Positions 17,694-37,214 of a stretch of 64,000 nt of DNA are shown here, piece by piece. A program made the translations under genes and the position numbers. The stretch lies in NCBI GenBank assembly GCA_014905635.1, contig JABVCE010000019.1:434001-498000 (forward strand), in the 5' to 3' direction. Position 1 is the first letter of the stretch. Every line of letters starts with the position of its first letter. The stretch is from Scenedesmus sp. PABB004. Taxonomy: Eukaryota. The notes under the pieces are model-generated. The model saw only the letters and a program-made list of their open reading frames with translations. It ran no database searches and was not told the DNA's origin.

Positions 17694-18919
17694 GCGCGGC
17701 GGTGCAGGTGGCGGCTGCGGCGCCGGCTGCGCGCGCGGGCGGCCGCTGCCGCCGCTGCTAGCAGCGCTGCTCCGGCGGGCGTGCCGTGCGGTGGGTGTGG
17801 TGGCGCAGGGTCGCTGGCACTGTGCGCCACACGTCCCGCCGTCACACTGCCGGCCGCTGCCCGCCGTCGCGGCGTGCTGTGGGGTTCGGGGCTGGGCGCG
17901 CGAGCGCCGACGCGGGCGGCTGGCGCGCGTGGGGCAGGTGGCGCGCGCGCGACGGGTTGCCCCACACACAAATGCGCAAAGCTCGCTGCCCACGTGCACG
18001 TGGGCAGCATGTGCACGTGCACATGCCGCGGGAAAGCCCCGCCCGTGCTCGCAGTGTGCGCGCAGCTCCACGGGCGCGCCTGCCAGGCCTGCCGCCGCCT
18101 CTGAGCCGCGGCGGTCGCCCGAGGCCACGGCCTGCGTGCCGCGGCGGCGGCCCGCGCCAGCGGCGGCGCTCACCCGCGCGCCCGCCGCAGCCGCCGCCGC
18201 CGCCGGCCGGCGCGCGTGCCCGCGGCCGGTGCTGCGCAGCAGCGCACGGCGACCGTCTCTCTGCTGTGTGCCGCTGTGCAGGTCGGCCGAGCGCACCCGC
18301 GGTCGGCCGAGCGCAGCACGTGCAGGTCGCAGGCCTCGGGTTGAGCGTCAGCGACGGCCGTCGCGCCGAGGCGGCGCGCCCAGGAGCTTGCCCACGCCTT
18401 CACTCGCAGTTTCAGCACCGCGCTTGAGAGATCCGGCGCCGCACGGCAGGACCAACTACGCCAAACCTCTCCTCCCCGCGCGCCTGTGCCTGGACGCTGC
18501 TCCCGCGGCGCGTCGGCCGTCGTCTGGCGTTCAGAGCGGGCACGGAGCGCGCGAGCGGCGGCGGCGGCGCCATGGCGTGGGACGGCCGCGCCCTGCAGAG
18601 GCCGAGCGGGCGGCAGCGCGCCCAGCGGCGGCGCGCGCGCAATTGCTGAGCTCCCGGGCCTTGATCGTGACACGGAGCTGCCAGGTGAGGGGCGGGCGCC
18701 GCTGCAGCGGCTGCAGCGGCCGGTGGGCGCATGCCATGCGCAGGCTGCGGGAAGCGCCGCGCGGCGGCCGCACGGACCGGTCCGGCGCCGCTGGGCTGCT
18801 GCAGGGCCGCGGCGCCAGGCCGGGGCCGCGGCCCGCGGGCCGTGCTGCACCGCCGCTCACGCCCCCGCTGCCGCCGCCGCCCCGCCCAACGGTCCTGCGC
18901 GCGCGCTGCAGGCGGCAGG

Positions 18920-20335
18920 ATGCCGTTCAGCGAGCGCAAGGGACGCTTCCTGGTCACGCGTGATGCGATCGAGCCCGACGCCAACGGCAGCAGTGCGGCG
19001 GCGCGCGAGCGCGCGCACCCCTTTGGCGCGGCCGCGGCCGCGCCCTTCGCCGGCGGCGCGCCGGGCAGCGCGGAGCAGCGCGTGAAGCGCGGCCGCTTCA
19101 CCGTCAGCACCTGCCTGCCCTGCGCCGGCGCCGGCGCCGGCGTGGCGCGGACGCTCTCGGACGACTGCTTCGGCGCCGGCGACGAGCGCGCGGCGCTGCT
19201 GGTCGCAGCGGCGCCGCTGGCGCGAGACGCCCCTGCGCCCGCGTTGCCGCCGCCGCGGCGCTTCAGCTGCGGCGCGCTCTGCGGCGGCGACGGCGGCGGC
19301 GGCAGCATGTCGTGCGACAGCAGCAGCCTGGGCGAGTGCAGCAGCGGCGACAGCGACGCCGCGCTGCGCCGCGACCAGGCGGTGCCGCGTGCCGCGCCGC
19401 TGCCGGTGCAGCCACACCGCGACGCCGTGCGGCACGGCGCCGCGCCGGCCGCCAGCTGGGCCAGCAGCGCGACCGCGGCCGGCGCGGTCGGCGGCGCGGG
19501 CGACACGGCTGCCACCGCCGACAGCGCCTGCGCGCCGCTGCCGTGCGGCGGCAAGCCCGGCGCGGCGCAGCGCCGCGTGCGCTTCAGCGAGCCGGGCGAG
19601 CTGCTGTGCAGCGCGGCCAGCCCCGCGCCGCCCGCCGGCGTCGCCGTGCCGCGCCGCGCGAGCGCGGGCTGCGCGGGCGACGCCGCGGTCGCGACCGCGA
19701 CCGCCGACTGGGCGGCCACCGTCGGCGGCGCGGACTGGGCGGCGGCGGCGGCGCCGCAGCCCGTCACGCGCAGCTACTGCCGAGGCCGGTTCGTGGTCCA
19801 GGAGGCTGTGCTGCTGGCAGCGAGGCTGCCGCGGAGCATGAGCGTGCCGGAAGACTGCGGCGGCCTCGCCGCGCACGCGTGCGCGCTGGGCGGCGCGCCC
19901 GCGCCCTGGCCCGGCGCGCCGGCCGGGGCGCGTGTGTCCCCCGCGCCCGCGGCCGGCTGCGCCGGCGCGGTGTCGCCCGGCGGCGCGGCCGCCGGCGCGG
20001 CGGCCGCGGCCGCGGCGCGCGCGGCGCAGCGCGACGCGCTCGCGCGCGCCGTCGCCGCGACCGCCGCCGCCGCCGACGCCTACTGGGCGGCCGCGGGCGC
20101 CGCGGCGGCGCTCTCCGGCGGGGCCCCCGGCCTGGCTGAGGTGCTGCCTGGCGACGACGCCCTAGCCGCCTTTGGCGGCGCCGCCTGGCCGGCCGGCTCC
20201 GCCGCCGCCGCCGCCGCAGCCGCCGCCGCGGCGGCGGGGCACCAGCGCCACGGCGGCCACCGCGCGCTCAAGCGCAGCCAGTCAGTCAGCTACTTCCGGC
20301 GCGGCCGCTTCCTCGTGCAGACGACCTTCCAGTGA
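18920..20335 (+). CDS. Hypothetical low-complexity protein with four (K/R)GRFxV motifs
   Basis: Single long ORF from an ATG just after a putative 5'UTR intron (GTGAG at 18684, CTGCAG acceptor ~18911). Motifs KGRFLVT, RGRFTVS, RGRFVVQ, RGRFLVQ. Confidence 0.7.
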   Translation: MPFSERKGRFLVTRDAIEPDANGSSAAARERAHPFGAAAAAPFAGGAPGSAEQRVKRGRFTVSTCLPCAGAGAGVARTLSDDCFGAGDERAALLVAAAPLARDAPAPALPPPRRFSCGALCGGDGGGGSMSCDSSSLGECSSGDSDAALRRDQAVPRAAPLPVQPHRDAVRHGAAPAASWASSATAAGAVGGAGDTAATADSACAPLPCGGKPGAAQRRVRFSEPGELLCSAASPAPPAGVAVPRRASAGCAGDAAVATATADWAATVGGADWAAAAAPQPVTRSYCRGRFVVQEAVLLAARLPRSMSVPEDCGGLAAHACALGGAPAPWPGAPAGARVSPAPAAGCAGAVSPGGAAAGAAAAAAARAAQRDALARAVAATAAAADAYWAAAGAAAALSGGAPGLAEVLPGDDALAAFGGAAWPAGSAAAAAAAAAAAAGHQRHGGHRALKRSQSVSYFRRGRFLVQTTFQ

Positions 20336-21975
20336 GGAGCTCTTCTTCCAGTGAGCTCGGCTCGGCTCAGCTGCGCGGCGAGCTCGAGCCGGGCCGGCGA
20401 GCCCGGCGGGCCGCGGCACGCCACGGCCGCTCCCGGGCGGCGAGCCCCGCGGCGGCGAGCCTCGCGGCGGCCATGGCGCGGCGCGCACCCCGGCGCGCCC
20501 CGCCGGGCCCGGCCGCCAATGCGCGCCGGGCCCGGGGGCCGCGCGCCGCGCCCAATTCTTTTTTGTTGTTGCCGTGTGTGCGACGCGTGTGTGTACGCTG
20601 TGTGAGTTCAGTGTGTGTGCGCTGCCAGCGCGCGAGCGCGTCGCACCTGATTTGCTGTGCTTCGCTCCGCCCTGCTGCTGACCGCGCCGGGCGATTCCGG
20701 ACGCGCGAGAGACGAGGGCGAGCCTGACCGCCCCGGCACGGGGGCGGCGCCCAACGCCGCGTGCGGCAGCAGCCTGCCCCGCCAGGGGGGGGGTCGAGGG
20801 GCGGCCATGTTTCGGGGGAGGGGGGGGGGGACGCGCACAGCGCGCACGACGCGCCCGCGTGGCGGCTGCGACACGCGCCGCCGGCCGCCGGCGCCGCGCC
20901 GCCTGCATGCGCTCGCCGCGGCGCCCTGCACGTGGGGCAGCGCCGCCGGTCGCCATTTTGTGGGCGTTTCTTTCGTTGTCGGCGTGCGGCGTGCCCGCCG
21001 CGTCGCACGCGCTTTGCACAGCAGGCGGCCCGCCGCCGCCGCGCCCGGGTCCTCGCGGTCGCGGCGCGGCTGCGCCCAAACTCCCTCTCGAATCAGACGA
21101 ACATAACAACACGCGCGGCGCCCCCGCCGATGCGTGCGTCGTCACGCGGCGCGCTCGCCCGCGGCCGGCGCCACCACGTGCGCCGGCAGGGCCGTGGCGC
21201 GCACGCGGCGCGCTGCCGTCTCACGTGAGACGGGCCGCGCCGCTGCTTATGGTGCCGACCGCACTCTTTGCTCTCTCTGAATTCGTTGAATCAAGCGGCG
21301 CCGCCGGCGCTGAACCCTCTAGTCAGTCAGCGCTTGCTTTGCTTGACCAGCGCTAGGCACGCTTCAACCACCACCCCCGTCCATTTTTCCCCCTTGCGGC
21401 GCCACCTCGCCCTTAGCTGTGGAGCAGGAGCCTCGCGGCCCGCCTCGTTTTGCGTCGGGTGGGTGGCGTCGGCTCGCGCGTGGCGGCCTCCTGAGCAGGC
21501 CCCCGCGGCGGACGCTGCCCGTGCGTGCCGTGCAGTATAGAGAGAGCGCGAGTGCGTGCGTGTTTGTAAATGCCTCTGGAGTTCCGGCAGGAGTTCCGGC
21601 GACCGCGGCGCGCCGACCGCCCGGCCGCGCGGCAGCCGGGCCTCTCTGCGCAGTCGCAGTCGCGGGCCGGGGCGGCGCCGAAAGCTGCCCAGAGCGCGCT
21701 GGACGACGCCCCAGCGCGCTGGGCGGCGCTGGTGCGTCCGATCACGCGCCGACGAGCACGCACGCCGCGGCGCGTGCGGCACGCGCCGAAAACCCCGCCG
21801 CCGCTGCCGCCACAGCGGACCGCGCCCTCCGCCGCATGCAGGCCGCGCGCTCACGCCCAGCGTCCGCCGCCCACGCGCAGCGCCGCGTCCCCGGGCAACC
21901 GCTGTGAGCAGCAGAGCACCTGCTGCTCACCCCAGAATCTGCTCGGCACCGGGTCTCGCCCTGCCAGAGCGCGCC

Positions 21976-28928
<6,953 letters not shown>

Positions 28929-29162
28929 GCTGCGTTGACCGGGCGTTGACTGAGCTGACCGGGGTTGACCAGGGCCTTTGCACGGCCGCAAGCCGTGGCG
29001 TATGTGCGCGTGTGGGTGGGTGGGTGGGTGGGTGGGTGGGTGTGGGTGGGGGTACGCGCGGCAACCGCGGAGGGGGCGGGCAGCTAGCAAGGCACGAGTG
29101 CGCTGGAGTGGGCCGGCTGCTGCAGTTCTGCACTTCTGCTGCGAGAGAGCGTGGGAGAGGCG

Positions 29163-29261
29163 TGTAAAGCAGGCGCAGCGCGCGACGGACGCGGAGCGCG
29201 CGCGGGCTGCCGCACGCCACCACAAGCGATCGGATCGGCGGCGAGGGGGTTACAGATTACA
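29163..29261. promoter_or_regulatory. Candidate TGTAA poly(A) signals of the convergent PFK-2 (+, 29163) and PLATZ (-, 29250 and 29257) genes
   Basis: TGTAA on + and two TTACA, i.e. TGTAA on -. UGUAA is the established chlorophyte poly(A) signal. Confidence 0.45.
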
Positions 29262-30953
29262 ACCGCTGCGGCGGCGTGCGGGGCGGGCGCGCGGAGACAC
29301 GCCGCCCCGCGCGCGCGCCGCAGCGAGAGTACACGCCGCGCGCGCGCGGCCCACACGCGAGTCCAAGTGGCGACGACTGAGCGAGCGCGGTCCTCCTTCC
29401 TCCTCCCGCGCCCGCTTGACGCGCCGCCGCTGCCGCCGGGGCGGGGCCTGGCAGCCCGCGAGCCCCCGGCGGTGGCGCGCGCGTGGCGCATGCTACTACT
29501 AAGTGCGAGGCGGCGGGGCGCGGCGCAGCGCGGCGCCCGCCCGCCGCCCCACGCGCGCGGCAGCTGTGGCCGCCCGCCGTGCCCCTCCCTCCCTCCGCGC
29601 GAGCCCGCGGGCCGCGCCGTTCCTAGCGCGCCGGCCGGCCGCGCGCGCGCGCGCCGCAGCCGCGGGCGCCGCCGCGGGCCACACAGCGCAGCGCAGGTGC
29701 GGCACAATGCCCCCCGTGCCGTGCCCCTGCCCCTCCCGAGTGCTGTCGGATGATGATCTTCGTTGGGGATGATGCCACAAACGCGCCCCGGAGCGCGCGG
29801 CCGACCACGACGACGTCAACGCCACCACCACCACCACCCAAACCACCACCCAAACCACCACCACCGCCCTCTCCCTCCCTCCCTCGGCGGGCGGCGCCCG
29901 CGTCTGCCAAAGGACTGCACTAAGGTCATGGTGCGGTGTGCGACGCACGCGCGTGCGCGCGCGCAAATGAGAGAGAGAGAGAGACCCTCGCCGCCCTCGC
30001 CACCACCACCCTCCCGGCCGCGGCGCGCCCGGCACGCGCGCGCGCGCTCGACGGCAGCGCGCGCGGCTGCCTCGGCGCGCGGCGCGGCGCGGCACGGCGC
30101 GCGGGGCATTCGCACCGCCCTCCTCCCGCGCTCCGGCAGCGCTCCGCCAGCCCGCGCCCGCTCGAGGCAGATAAACCCGGCCGCGCACCCTCGGCAGCAG
30201 CCCTCCCTCCCTCGTGTGCCAACCGCCCTCCCTCCCTCTCGCGGCGCGCCGCGGCGGCGGCCCCTGCAGCCGCTTCAGCGCGGCTGGTGTGGGGCGCGCG
30301 CCGCGGCCGCGGCGTGGCCGGGTGGTCGGTCCCGCAGTTCTGTGCGCGCGGCGGGCGCGCGCGCGGACGGCGCGCGCGCCGCCGGCGATACACGGCGCGC
30401 GCGGCGCAGCCGAGAACAGCGACGGCCGGCAGCGGCGCGCCGCCGCCGACAGAGCGACGACCGACGACGACGAGGAACAACAATGACAGGTGTCCAAGAA
30501 CAATAAACGCCAAACAGACGCCAGACGCGGCGTACACGGCCGACCGAGATGCCTGTACCTGTACACAGGGCAGGGCCGGGCGGCAGCCGCCCGGCGCGCC
30601 CCGCCCACCCGCCCGCCCGTGGAGTGTGCGTGCACGTGCACGTGCGCAGAGGTTCACCAGAAGGCGAAGCAGGCCCCGCGCCGCCCCCGCGCCCGCGCCC
30701 GCGCCCTCCCGCGGCCGCCACCCTCCCTCTGCCACGCCGCCCTGCGCGCCCTCGCGCCCCGCGCGGCGCGCCGCTCCGCGGCCGCCGCCGCGCCGTCCAG
30801 CGGGCGCGCGCCCGGGGCATGCAAAAACACGCGGCGGCGCGGCGCGGTGCCACAACCCCGCCCTCTCCTGCAAGAGGCCCCCTGCCGCACAGGCGGCACG
30901 AGCCGGGGCGCCGGCGCGTTCGCAGCTAGCAGCGGGGCGCGCCGCCCGCGCGC

Positions 30954-31574
30954 TCACAGCAGCGGGCTGCGCCGCGGCGACGCCTGCTTGCGGCGGCAGC
31001 AGTAGCTGCCGCCGCTGGTGCAGCGCTCGCTGTCGCTGTCGCTGTGCCGGCGCGCGTACGCGGCCGCCGCGCCGCTGGCGCGGCCGTCGCCGCCCCAGCT
31101 GGCGCTGCCGGCGAGCTGGCTGCTGTCGCTGTCGCCCGAGCCGCCGTCCGCGGCGGGGCACACGCCGGGGCACGCGCCGCCGCCGCGCGGCGCGGGCCAG
31201 CAGTCGCTGCCGCTGTCCGACGCGGCGCCGCTGCCGGCGGCGCTGCCGTCGCCGGCGGCGGCGCACGCGGCGCCGCCCGGCGGCGGCGAGGGCGCGAGGC
31301 GGCCCGCCGCGACGAGCGCGTCGACCTTGCAGGCCAGGCAGCAGTAGGTGCAGCCCTCGCGCAGTGTGCGCCCGCAGCTCACGCAGCCGTCGGGCGCGCC
31401 GGGGGCGGCCATCTTGCTCTGGGGGCGCTGGTTCAGGAACATGACCTTGGCCTGGTTGATGATGTAGGTCTGCGGTTAAGTGAGCGCGGCAGGGTGCGGT
31501 TTAGCGAGCGCGGCAGGGGGCGAGCGAGCGAGCGCGTGCGGCAGGGAGCGAGTGACAGAGAGGGAGAGGGAGGG

Positions 31575-31618
<44 letters not shown>

Positions 31619-32542
31619 CGAGCGAGCGAGCGAGCGCGTGCGCGCGGCGCGGGGGGCGCGCCGCACCTGCACGCCGCTGACGTCGAGGTGCGGCGAGATG
31701 TCGCAGCCCCGCACGACGTCGCAGTAGACGTAGCGCCGGATCTGTGTGTGATTGTGTGTGCATGTGTGCGTGTGTGCGGCGGGTGAGATCAAGCGAGGGC
31801 GTCGCGCGTGGCGGGCGCCGCCCGCGCCCGCGCCCAACCCTCGCCCCCGGCGCCGCCCGCGCCCGCGCGCCGCGCGCCCGGCGCCGCCCCGCGCGCCCTG
31901 CGCCCCGTGCGCCGCGCGCGCCTGGATGATGCGGTGCCCCGCGTGCGCGCCGATGCAGTGGCAGCAGAGCGGCGTCGGCGCGGCGCCGCAGTCGGCGCAG
32001 AAGAAGGTCGCCTCGTTCTTCTTGGCGTCCCGGTGCGCGGCGCAGGGCGCGAAGAAGGTCGTCGCCAGCATGGCGTGCAGCCAGTCCGCCTCCTCGGCGC
32101 CGCCGGCGGCGCCGGGGCGGTTGGCCGGCGCTGCCGGCGCGACGCCAGCGCCGTCGGCCTTGCGCGGCCCACCGGCGCAGCAGGCGCTGCGGCGTGGGGC
32201 GACGGGCGGCGGCGGCGGGCGTGGGGCGGTGAGGCGGTGCGGGGCGGGAGCGCGGGCGTTCGCATCGCAACAACCCGCGCCCGGCGCCGCGGGGCGTCCG
32301 CAGGTCCCGGGGCGCGGTCGGGTGGGTCCGGAAAGTCGGGATCAGGCGCCACGGGCGCCTGGCGGGGGCTCAATTGCGCCCGACCGCCCGCGCGGGCGAT
32401 GCGCCCGCGCAGCGCGCCCCCCGCGCGCTGGGGGCCCGGGGCGAGTAATTGGCCGCCCTCACGGCGCCGGCGCCGCGATCTGGGCCCGTGTGACGCACCT
32501 GTGGGCGCCTGTGGGCTCGCTGCAGGCCGCGGCCTTGGCCAT
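30954..32542 (-). CDS. PLATZ zinc-dependent transcription factor (multi-exon)
   Basis: WLHAMLATTFFAPCAAH..KKNE..FCADC..LCCHC..H..HRIIQ|IRRYVYCDVVR, DVSGVQ|TYIINQAKVMFLNQRPQ, CVSCGR..YCCLACK. Confidence 0.93.
31556..31615. repeat. (GA)n microsatellite in PLATZ intron
   Basis: GA dinucleotide run. Confidence 0.9.
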
Positions 32543-33366
32543 GGTGTCGTCGAGCTGCGCAGCGGGCGCCGGGCGGGTCAGGGGGACGCGCTGCGCGCTG
32601 CGGCGGCCCTGATCCACGCGCACGAGCGCGGCGGGGGCAGCCCGGGCCCCGCACGCGCGGGGCGGGCGCTGTCGGGCGCGCGCATGCGGGGGGCGCGTGG
32701 CGAGCGCGCCGCGGCTCACCGGCCCGCTCCGGCGGACCTCCGCCATGCCCGGCTCACGCCTGGGGCCGCCGCTGGGTTGCGTGCGGACGCGCTGCTGCTG
32801 CTGCCGCGCTCGCTCGAGTGGGGCTGCGCGAGGGGGCGTGCTACGCGGGGCCTGCGCCGCTCGGGTCGACCGGGCGTGTCACACTGCGCGCGTGTGCGCG
32901 CCGCGGCGCGGGCGGGCGCGCGGCGAGGGCCCTGGGCGCGGGCGCAGGGCTGGGGCTCTGCATAAAAATCCAAAAGAATCCACCCGGCCAGTGCCGAGTC
33001 GCGCGGGCCGCCACGCGCCTCCCCGACGCCGCACCGCGCGCCGACACGCCGACCGCGCCACGCGCGCGAGCGGCGCGCGGCTCGGTGCGTGCGCGGGCCG
33101 GGCGCGCCGCGAGATCACTGGCTGAGCAGCGCGGGCGGCCGTCGGCCACCGGCGTGGCGGGGGCGGGGAGGCCACGGGGGCGGCGCCACCGAGCGGCGCC
33201 CGCACCGGGCGCTGCTGCACACGCCGCTGCCGCGCGGCGAAGGACGGCAGCGGCGCGGGCGCGCGCCGCGGTTGCCCCCGCCGCCACGCGTGCGTGCCTG
33301 CCGGCCGGCCAGCCGGCGTGGGGGTCTCGCCCCGCCCCGCCCTCGGCACGCACCACGCGTGCCGCC

Positions 33367-34437
33367 TCAGACCGCCGCCGCAGCCTGCACGCCGCGCCGC
33401 GCCGCCGCGCCGCCGCGCCCGAACAGCGTGCACACGCTCGTGAGCGGGCAGCGCTCCGCGCAGCCAAACTCGGGCAGGTCGAACGCGCTCGCCGGCGGGG
33501 GCTCGGGCTTGAAGCTGGCCGCGTGAAAGGTGATGAAGTCGTTGGGCAGCTGGTCGAGCTCCAGCGGCACCGCCGCGGCGTCGGCGGTCGCGGTGAACGT
33601 GTTGGGCTGCAGCCCCCGCACCGCCCAGCGGTTGGCCAGCCGCCCCTGCGCGACGACCTGGCCGCGGCGCGCCCGGCGGCGCCGGTGGGCGGGCCGCGCG
33701 GCCGGTGGGCGCGGCACGCCCCCGCTCGGGGCCGGCGGCGGCGCCGCCGCCGCACCTGGCCGTCAAACTCGGCGTCGTCCAGCCAGTGCGGGCTGAGCAC
33801 GCCGCAGCCCGCCTCGGCGCTGCAGCACCTGCGGCGCGGCGCCGCGCCGGCGGCGCGCGCTCGGCGGCGGGCCCCGCCCCGCAGGCAGCAGGCGCGCGGC
33901 CGCGCGGCCGCGCCGCGCGAGATTTAGCTCAGCCCCGTGCCCGGCCGGCGCGCGCGCCCCGCCCGGCGGCGCACCGGCAGCACTCGCGGAGCTCCGGGAA
34001 GATCAGGTAGCGCTGCCCCCCGGTCACGAGGTGGCTGCAGGGCGTGTCGGTCAAGGGGTGGACCGACTTGCAGTACCGGTCGCCGCGGCCGTTGGCGCGT
34101 GTGACGAGCTGGCGGCCGCTCTCGGCGTCGTAGTGGAACGCGCCCGTCGTGGTCCAGGTGAAGAGGGCCGTCAGCTTCGTCGTCTCTGCCCGCCCCACGA
34201 GCCGTGGCGGCGGCGGCGGCAGCAGGAGTGAGTAGCAGCGGCCGCGCCACTGCGGCCACGGCCTGCCACCGCACCGTTGAATTCGGCCGACCAGGCGCGG
34301 TGCCAAAGCGGGCGCGGGTCGCCGCTGCGCAGCCCGGCTCGCGGTCGCACCGGCGCTGCTGCTGCGCCCGCCGCGCCCGCAGCGCCCCAGCCCGCCAGCA
34401 GCAGCAGCGCCGCGAGCGCCACGCGAGGGGCACGCAT
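33367..34437 (-). CDS. Secreted Cys-containing hypothetical protein (multi-exon)
   Basis: Signal peptide MRAPRVALAALLLLAG. Spliced product includes TTGAFHYD..NGRGDRYC..TDTPCSHLV..RYLIFP..CCRCCSAEAGCGVLSPHWL..FDLPEFGC. All splice sites canonical. Confidence 0.75.
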
Positions 34438-34848
34438 CACGTCTCGACGATCGGCCCGCGTTTGAAGCGTGTGCGCAGCTCTTGCACGCCGAAAGAGGAG
34501 CGGCGGCGGCGCGCTGCTGACGCGCGGCCGTCTCAGGGCCACCGCGGCGGCTGCGAGCTGACGGGCTGCTCTCGCCGCCCTGCACAGCTCTGGCTGTTGA
34601 CGCGGCGCGGCCGGCGGCTTGAACCGCAGGAACCCCGCGGCGGCGCGGGCGACGCCTGCTTGCCAGCCGGCGTGGGAGCCAGCTCGGTGCGCGCCTTCTG
34701 GCCGGGGATCACGCAACTCGCCTGCAGGCCAGTTCTGGCGCCCGACGGCCGCTGCGCCGCCGGCGGTGCAGTACGCTCGGGCCGGTGGGCTCGGCGCGGC
34801 GAAGCGATCGCGCCGCTGCGCCGCCGGCGGTGCAGTATGTGGCACGGG

Positions 34849-35088
34849 GAGGCCGCTCAGCGTGCGTGGCGGAGCGTGGACGGCTCACCGCGCCCTGTCG
34901 CGGGCCGTGGGGCGCGGGGGCCGCACGCGTGTCTGCGCGGTGCCGCAGCCTCCCCCTGCAGAGCGGCGCGCCGCGCGGCTCAGCTTACATGTTATAAATG
35001 TCTGGCACTGGCGGGCGGTGGCGTCGAACCGCGCTCGTGACGGGTGAGGGCAGGCCGTGAGAGCGTCGTATCTCGCATTTGCAGGCGT
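34849..35088 (-). mobile_element. SINE-like/non-autonomous repeat, segment A copy 1
   Basis: ~240-bp diverged direct repeat of 37450-37691. B-box-like GGTTCGACGCC on - at 35020-35030. Confidence 0.55.
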
Positions 35089-35089
35089 T

Positions 35090-35621
35090 CCCTTGTTCTT
35101 GTTGTTGCTGTTGGTTACACGGCGGAGCCCGGTATACTCCGGGCGCGTGAGCGCTCCACATTGGATCGCATGGCGGGCCAAACCAACTCCCTCCCCGCCA
35201 CGTGTCTGTGTCCTCCATGCATGACCAACCGAGCAGCCCGCAAGCGGGATCGCATGCTGGCAAGCCGGCGCAGGGCGTGTAGCGAGCATGGCGCGGCCCA
35301 GGCGCGCGCAACCCACCAGCAAACCCACCTGCATGCCGCCCTCTGGTCTCGACCGCGCGCCGGAACGTGGCACAAGGCAGAAGAACCGCGGCGAGGACCA
35401 ACCCCCGCGCGCCCCCCGCCCCGCCGCCGCCCCCCGCGACCGAAGTGGTGCGCGCGGCCGGGGCAGGCGGCGCCGCAGAGGCAGACAGCCTCGGGCTGGG
35501 ACATGCGCTCAGCGGTCGCGAGCCCGTTGAGCGCGAGCCGCAAGTACACCTCCTTCACCGCGTTGTCCCAGCGCAGCTGCCACAGCTTGCGATGGCGACC
35601 CTGACCGACGCGGTGAGGGCC
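35090..35621 (-). mobile_element. Degenerate L1-like LINE ORF2 C-terminal (zf-RVT-like) fragment with GTGTAAC + CAA-rich tail
   Basis: LWQLRWDNAVKEVYLRLALNGLATAERM..CLCG..RAHHF. Segment 35114-35200 is homologous to 37321-37408. Confidence 0.6.
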
Positions 35622-36945
35622 AGATAAAGACAAAGATAGTTACACCATAGGCTCGCGCCCATTGGTCCCGCGCCCCTTAAGGACGGTGTCCCGCATCTTC
35701 CAAATGTCCATCACATACTCTGCCACCGAGTAAACGGCAAGCTGATCATGCAGCAGATCACCAAGCAGATAACGCCGTGCCTGCTCCAGTGCTGCACACC
35801 GACCCGCCGCGCCGGCAACAGCAGCCCGAGGGGCCGCCGCACCAGCAGCAACGCTGCTGACGCTGACAAAGACAAAGATAGTTACACCATAGGCTCGCGC
35901 CCATTGGTACTGCTGACGCTGACCGCCGCGCTGGCATCAGCAGCCCGAGGGGCCGCCACACCAGCCACGACGCCGGGGTCGCTGACGCTGCCGCCGCCGC
36001 CGCCGCCAGCTCCAAGCTCCAGCTCCTGGTTGCCGCTGACCGCCAGCTCAATACCAGCCGCACGCAGGTGTGCAGCCAGCACGCCAGCAAGCACGCCCCC
36101 GCCGCAGGCACCGAGGTCCGCAAGCTGCGCAGCGAGGCGCGCAGGGCGGCCGGGCGCGCCGCACTCAAAGGAAGTGCGCGAGGAGTGCGCGGCCGACTCG
36201 GGCGCACGCGCCGCGCAGCAGGGGCAGCGCTCCCGCTCCGCCTGCTGCGCGGCCGACTCCCCCCGGCACGCGCGGCTGTGGGCAGCGCGCAGCGGGAGGC
36301 ACTCCACGCGCAGGTGCATGAGCAGCTCCGCCGGCTGGCCGCGCCGCGGGCCACCGGGGCGGCAGAGCCAGCCCAGGTAATCCCGGGCGCACAGCACGCT
36401 GGCGCGGCGCGTGAACGAACGAGCGGAGAAGACGCCGCAGCCAAAGGCCTCCCGGTAGCGCCGCGCCACCGAGCCACGGCCGGAGGCGGCCTCCCAGGCG
36501 CCGTCGATGCGGTCGCCAGCAAGGTCGCAAAGGTGGGCCGCAAGCTCGTCGCGGCTCATGCCAGCAGTAGCCGCAACATCAACGTCGTAGTCCTGCAGGA
36601 GGCCACCCACTTTCTTTGTCTTTGTCTTTACCCACGCCCTTGCACCACGGCGTGGCGGGCCAGGCGTTGGCAACGCGGCGCAGCAGGCGGTCGGCAGGCA
36701 GGGCACGCAGGCGGTGCCAGTAGCACAGCGTGAGGGTGTCGCACACGACATGCAGTGGGGTGATGCCCAGCTCCTGTTGCAGGCACGCGTGCGACACGTT
36801 GGGCGGGCACCCGGTCATGCGCGCCACCAGCCCCGCCTGCCATGAGTCGAGCTCCGTGTGGCACTCGACCGTGGGGCGGGCCCAGATCTGGGCGCGAGCA
36901 CACGGGGTAATTGACCTTGACCTTGACCTTGTCCTTGACCTTGCC
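35622..36945 (-). mobile_element. Degenerate RTE/RTEX-like LINE 3' fragments with microsatellite tails
   Basis: CLQQELGITPL..LCYWHRLRALPADRLLRRV and LMHLRV..RCPCC..ESAAH..EC (CCHC-like). The 3' end ACCAATGGGCGCGAGCCTATGGTGTAAC plus a TCTTTG-type tail occurs twice (35622-35666, 35866-35908). Confidence 0.65.
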
Positions 36946-37200
36946 GCCGGGTCCGGCGCGGCCACATCCGGCGGCTGGGCCGCCGCCGGCTGCAGCCCCT
37001 CGGCCGGCGGCAGCGCGCGCGGCGCCGGCGGCGCCAGCCCCAGCGCCAGGCACGCAAACACGACGTGCTTGTCGCGCCGCTGCGTGTCGACGCCGCCCGG
37101 CATGGCGAGTTGGAGCATCTTCGCTTGCTTGACGGTGAGCTTTGTCAGCGGCGCGCACGGGCACCGCACGTGCGCCTTGGTGAAGCCGCCAGCCCGTTGT
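36946..37200 (-). mobile_element. Probable upstream part of the L1-like fragment
   Basis: CAPLTKLTVKQAKMLQL..RRDKHVVFACLALG resembles the region preceding zf-RVT in algal LINEs (recollection, not searched). Confidence 0.35.
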
Positions 37201-37214
37201 TGTGGTTGTGCTCA

